From positions 38,812,001 through 38,876,000 of the forward strand of contig OX597834.1 in the NCBI GenBank assembly GCA_951406725.2: a stretch of 64,000 nucleotides of DNA, given 5' to 3'. Positions 58,403-64,000 of the stretch are shown here, piece by piece; position 1 is the first letter of the stretch, and each line of letters begins with the position of its first letter. The DNA comes from Octopus vulgaris (taxonomy: Eukaryota). The position numbers and the translations under genes were made by a program. Below the pieces are notes generated by a model, which did not search any database, was not told the origin of the DNA, and worked only from the letters and a program-made list of their open reading frames with translations.

Positions 58403-58664
58403 TATATATTTATATATGAAGATCCGTTGCCTTGTATGTGTGGCATAATCTACTGTTTTCTCCATTTTCTAATTATTTGCATTGGTTCCTGGTGGTGATG
58501 TTGATGGTGGTGGTGGTTGTGGTGGTGGTGGTGGTGGTGGTGGTGGTGGTGGTGGTGGTGGTGGTGGTGGTGGTGGTGGTGGTGGTTGTGATGGTGGTGG
58601 TAGTGGTGGCGATGATAGTGGTAATGGTGGTGGTTGTGGTGGAGAGGAGGCATCATTTAGAATC

Positions 58665-58737
58665 TGCAACAGTGCAAGGAAGCGCATTGTGTCCAGCGGT
58701 GTATAACAATATCTGATAGTCTGGTCAATGCAGTGAT
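58665..58737 (+). mobile_element. RTE/SINE-B-type tail fragment
   Basis: GGAAGCGCATTGTGTCCAGCGGTGTATAACAATATCTGATAGTCTGGTC. Confidence 0.75.
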
Positions 58738-58781
58738 TATATTATATCATATACAACATTTAATAAGTATATGTTTGAATT

Positions 58782-58858
<77 letters not shown>

Positions 58859-59107
58859 GTGTGTGTGTGTGTATGATAACAAATGAATATAAATAATACA
58901 TCAGGCGGAAATTATATCCTGGTACTGTTAAAATACACATAAAAACGATGTTTTTTTTTATGTCTCTCAACTTATGTGAAGCGAGGCGCTCGAACGATTC
59001 CGACGTAGAACAATGGAGAAAAACTTAACAGACAAACAGTTCGATAAGTTATTGGGGAAAAAAAAGTGCAACCGAAGTTATAATAGGAAAAATAGGTTAG
59101 AAGAGGA

Positions 59108-59145
<38 letters not shown>

Positions 59146-59277
59146 AAATGTTATATACATATATACACAAACACACACACACGTATATATATTTATAAAT
59201 ATATATACATATATATATATGTATGTATATATACACATATATATAAATATATATATATATGTGTATATGTATATATG

Positions 59278-59326
<49 letters not shown>

Positions 59327-59370
59327 GTATATATGTATGTATATATGCATACATATATATATAAATATAC

Positions 59371-59427
<57 letters not shown>

Positions 59428-59491
59428 CATACATATGTACATACATACAAGTATATCCATATATGTATATATGTATGTATGTATATTGTCT

Positions 59492-59712
59492 TTTATTTTT
59501 CCCTCGTTTCGGTCAATTGACTGCGGCCATGCTGGAACACTTCCTTGGAGGGTTTTAGTCGAACAAATCATCCACAGGACTTAATTTTAAAAAAATTCTA
59601 GTACTTATTCTATCGATCACTTTTGCTTAACCGCTATGTTACGGGGACGTAAACACTCACTCATACATCATCACTTGTCAAGCTGTGATGGAGGACCAAC
59701 ACTGACACAAAG

Positions 59713-59744
<32 letters not shown>

Positions 59745-59895
59745 GACGGGCTCTTTCAATTTCCGTTTACCAGATCCGGTCACAAGGTTTTGGTCGACCC
59801 GAGGCTACAGTAGTAAATAATTGCCCAAGGTGTCACGCAGTGAGACTGAACCCAGAACTACGTGGTTGGTAAGCAAGCTACTTACCACACAGCCA
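59492..59895 (-). mobile_element. SINE family A, near full length
   Basis: GACTGCGGCCATGCTGG ... CAAGCTACTTACCACACAGCCA. Confidence 0.9.
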
Positions 59896-59924
59896 ATCCT
59901 GAGCCTCTCTCTCTCGCTCTCTCA

Positions 59925-60020
<96 letters not shown>

Positions 60021-60050
60021 TATATATGTATGTATATGTATGGATATGCA

Positions 60051-60082
<32 letters not shown>

Positions 60083-60087
<5 letters not shown>

Positions 60088-60247
60088 AGAATTCACAAAA
60101 AACAACAACAAAAGACGAAGACAGGTGGTGTAGACAACAAACAGATGTATTAGTTTAACGCTCGGGAAGTGAAGAAGTCTTTAACGTTTCGAGCCTACGC
60201 TCTTCCACAGAAAGGAACACAGAAAGAAACAAGGAGAGAAAATAACG

Positions 60248-60250
<3 letters not shown>
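60083..60250 (-). mobile_element. Penelope-like pLTR fragment with variant hammerhead-like motif (60179-60214)
   Basis: cttt CTGTGGA a gagc-gtag-gctc GAAA cg TT aaag. Confidence 0.65.
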
Positions 60251-60321
<71 letters not shown>

Positions 60322-60334
60322 ACACACGACATCC

Positions 60335-60710
60335 ACATCCACTCTCAAGGCTTTGGTTTGCCCGAGGCAGAATACACTTTGCCGTAGGTGCTACGCAGTG
60401 GGACTGATCCTGGCATCATGTGGTTTAGAAAGTAGCTCTCCTACTGCACAGCCCCACCTATATTAATCATGTCACCCACAAGCGTGGTTGTGAGGTAAGA
60501 AGTTTGCTTTCCAGCTTTATGGTTCTGAAGTTCAGTCCTAGCGCGTGGCACATTGGGCAAGTGTGTCTTCAACTATAGCCTCGGGTCGACCAAAGCCTTT
60601 GTGAGTTGTTTTGGTGGGCGGAAACTGAAAGAAGCTTGTCGTGTCTCCACACATACAGCTGTGTGTGTGTGTTGTATGTATGTGTGTGTGGTGCCAAGCA
60701 TCGCTTGGAC
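60335..60710. mobile_element. Two divergent (head-to-head) SINE A 5' halves
   Basis: Minus copy 60335-60458 and plus copy 60481-60710. Confidence 0.8.
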
Positions 60711-61289
60711 AATTGGGGCCAGCTAATTCACGTCCCTATCACATTACAGTTCAATTATGGTCAAGAAACCTATGTCCAAAGATGACCCTCCTGTCTTTTA
60801 TTCAGATATCGCATATCCAGCACTACATTATCCAGCGTGTCATTATTTTTTAAGACTACTATATGCGATATTTGCAAGATTTGACTGCTATTTATAGCAG
60901 GTCAACGACCAAGTAAAGACTCCATAGTGTTTCTGGGTGCGATCCCTCTATTTTGACCTTCGTGGACAATTTTGTGAACGTTTATTAATGGTGTATGTTA
61001 AGTGCACACTAACATAGTTAGTGTGTCGAGCCAAAAGTAGTGATTAATTAATTGAAATTACACCTTAATGAGAAGAAAAGTGATTAGCGTTAATGAGTAT
61101 TCCTGTTAATGGAACTGCTTCTTTCATCTTATTTTTAGTGTTCCTAAATCAATGACAGCTACCATAATGGGAACAACTCGTTCTTCTTTTTGGAAAATGA
61201 CAAATAATTACATCTTATTCTGAGAACTATCGACTGTGATACAGATAGAGACAGGATAGAGATCTCGTTCTGTCTCATAGAGATATCGT

Positions 61290-61905
61290 AAACCTAACAC
61301 AGACACTATACTCTCCAACAAAGGCATCCTGTTATCTAATAAAGGCGTTGTATCATCTAAAATAAAGATACTATTCTAATACAGACGCTGTTATCTAATT
61401 GAGATACGACATAATGTAACAGAGTTAGTGTATTATACAGCGAGATATTGTGCAGTGTAATCCTCATCGTGTTATCTAATAAAGAAATAACTTATAGAGA
61501 CGCTATACTATCTAACAGAAACTTTGTGTTATCTAATAGAGACACTGTACTATCTAATATAGAGATTGTTATCTAACAGAGATACTGCATTATCTAATAG
61601 AGTCACTGTACTATACAATAAGATATTGTATTAATAGACGTCGTGTTCTCTGTTAGAGAAATAACATTTATTGGAACAGTGTGCTAACAGAGACGCTATA
61701 TTATCTAACAGAAACATTGGATTATCTCATACAACCACTGTATTATCTAATATAGAGACTGTGATGTTTCATAAAGGCATTGAACTAACTGAGAGACTTT
61801 TCTATCTGATATAGAAACTGTACTGTTTAATAGAGACATCGTGTTATCTGTAGCGATTGTGTACTCTCTAACAGAGAGATTGAATTAATAGAGACACTAT
61901 ACTAA
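61290..61905. repeat. Degenerate ~21-bp minisatellite TATCTAATAGAGACACTGTAC
   Basis: TATCTAA(T/C)AGA anchors recur at ~21-bp spacing. Confidence 0.85.
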
Positions 61906-62071
61906 TAGAATTACGACTGGCCAATGGATACTCCATAGTATTTAATAGATAGTTGATGTATACATCTACTTGCATATGTATGTACATGGGAAAGAGAAAG
62001 AGAGAAGTAGAGAGAGAGAGAACCAGAGAAAAAAGAGAAACAGAGAAAAGAGAGGGGAAGAGAAGCAGAGA

Positions 62072-62135
<64 letters not shown>

Positions 62136-62289
62136 CAGAGAGGGAGACAGACAGACAGACAGACAGAGATCCGATAAGTTACAGAGGCGTAAAAAAAACC
62201 AATATGGTCCTGGATTTTACACGCCCCTGTAACTTAGCGGTTCGGCAAATGTGACCGATTGAATAAGTACCAGACTTTTAAAACAAAAT

Positions 62290-62722
62290 ATTTGCAGTGC
62301 TTGGAAGGAAGGTGTGTAGCGTGTGATCGTCGCATTGGCCATGACAGAGAGAGTTGTCATGGTGATACCTGCTCAGAGACCTACGCAAAGTTGCAGAAAG
62401 TGTATGGAGAGGAGTGTATGAACATACACAAGTGTACGAGTGCTTCAGACCTTCCCAAGATGGCAAAAAAAATGTCGATATTGACAAACGTTCTGGTAGA
62501 CCTGCAACCAGCAGAAGTGGGGTAAACATCGCAGATGTGCGTGTAGCCGTGAGGGGAAATCGTCGAATCACCAACCGTGAGTTATCAGAGGATGTTCAGA
62601 TTAGTTATGGTTCAGTTCAGTCCATTATCACTGAAGATTTGGGTATGAGACACGTGTTTGTCAAGTTTGTGGCAAAATTGCATTCAGGTGACCAAGAAGA
62701 CACTTTGATTTCAGTTCCATAA
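62290..62722 (+). pseudogene. Mariner transposase N-terminal (HTH) fragment, third family
   Basis: SETYAKLQKVYGEECM / TQVYECF...RSGRPATS...NRRITNRELSEDVQISYGSVQSIITEDLGMRHV; frameshifted. Confidence 0.85.
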
Positions 62723-62749
62723 AATTTCCTAGATAGACAGATAGATATA

Positions 62750-62801
<52 letters not shown>

Positions 62802-62808
62802 GAAATAA

Positions 62809-62842
<34 letters not shown>

Positions 62843-62926
62843 ATTTCTTTATTTTTATTTATATATATATATATAAATAAAAATAAAGAAATAAAATATA
62901 TATATATATATATTTTTTATTTCTTT

Positions 62927-62987
<61 letters not shown>

Positions 62988-62990
<3 letters not shown>

Positions 62991-63258
62991 GGCGCAATGG
63001 CCCAGTGGTTAGGGCAGCGGATTCGCGGTTTCGATTCCCAGACCGGGCGTTGTGAGTGTTTATTGAGCGAAAACACCTCAAGCTCCACGAGGCTCCGGCA
63101 GGGGGTGGAGGTGATCCCTGCTGTACTCTTTCGCCACAACTTTCTTTCACTCTTTCTTCTGTTGGCCTGCTCGCTTAGCCAACGGGTGGCGTCATTTGAA
63201 GGCTAAAAACAATGCGAAGCGCATTGTGACCAGCGGTTGGTCACGGTGATCACGGTGA
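62988..63258 (+). mobile_element. SINE family B, RTE-type tail
   Basis: GGCGCAATGGCCCAGTGGTTAGGGC...GCGCATTGTGACCAGCG. Confidence 0.92.
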
Positions 63259-63286
63259 TATATATATATATGTATGTATGTATATA

Positions 63287-63570
63287 TAGTGATCAGGGCA
63301 TTCGGTTCACGATCGTAGTTCAGTTCCCGACGATGCGTTGTGTCCTTGGGCAAGACACTTTATTTCACCTTGCTTCAGTCCACTCAGCTGGCAAAGATGT
63401 ATTTAGAAGAGGCAGCCTTGTCACACTCTGTGTCACGTTGAATATCCTAGAGAACTACGTTATGGGAGCACGTGCCTGTGGAGGGCTCAGCGCGTTAATT
63501 CCACGAGCATGCTGTTGCGCTGATCGGTTCAACTGGGACCCTCGTCGTCCTAACCGACGGAGTGCGCTTC
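63287..63570 (+). mobile_element. SINE family D, tail variant 3
   Basis: CAAGACACTTTATTTCAC...CAGCCTTGTCACACTCTGTGTCACG...TAACCGACGGAGTGC. Confidence 0.87.
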
Positions 63571-63700
63571 TATATATATATATATATATGTGTGTGTATT
63601 TATATATATATATATAAAATTATATTATATTATATTATATATATATACATATATATATTATATATATATATTATATTATATTATATTATATATATATATG

Positions 63701-63768
<68 letters not shown>

Positions 63769-63849
63769 TATATAAGTATATTGACATGTATGTATATACA
63801 TCTGAATATATACATATGTATACATATATATGTTATATGTGTATATATG

Positions 63850-63899
<50 letters not shown>

Positions 63900-64000
63900 A
63901 TATATATATATATATTATATATATATACATATAAATATACATATACATATATATATATTGTGTTATATATATATATTGTTATATATATATATGTATATAT

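Overview
AT-rich, extremely microsatellite-rich eukaryotic (metazoan) DNA; the SINE/LINE/mariner repertoire looks like an Octopus genome (inference from remembered repeat families, not from a search). Almost all supplied ORFs are translations of simple repeats, and no intact, recognisable protein-coding gene is present. The window holds about 35 copies or fragments of four tRNA-headed SINE families (called A-D here). It also holds 3' ends of three LINEs (CR1-like, RTE, probable L1/Tx1-like) whose tails match SINE A, B and C respectively, and a HERO-like restriction-endonuclease retrotransposon fragment. DNA elements include several dead Tc1/mariner pieces, MITEs and a non-autonomous Helitron. 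Many Penelope-like (PLE) remnants lie between (TA)n tracts, often as inverted repeats. Most notable are about ten minimal type-I hammerhead-ribozyme-like motifs (two with canonical core and intact stems, most others with variant cores or degraded stems), a 3 x ~143-bp tandem carrying a hammerhead-like motif, and single-head SINE multimers. There is also a phase-compatible two-exon gene candidate (14905-14706 + 12387-12141, minus strand) next to promoter-like motifs. Coordinates were read by eye and may be off by a few bases.
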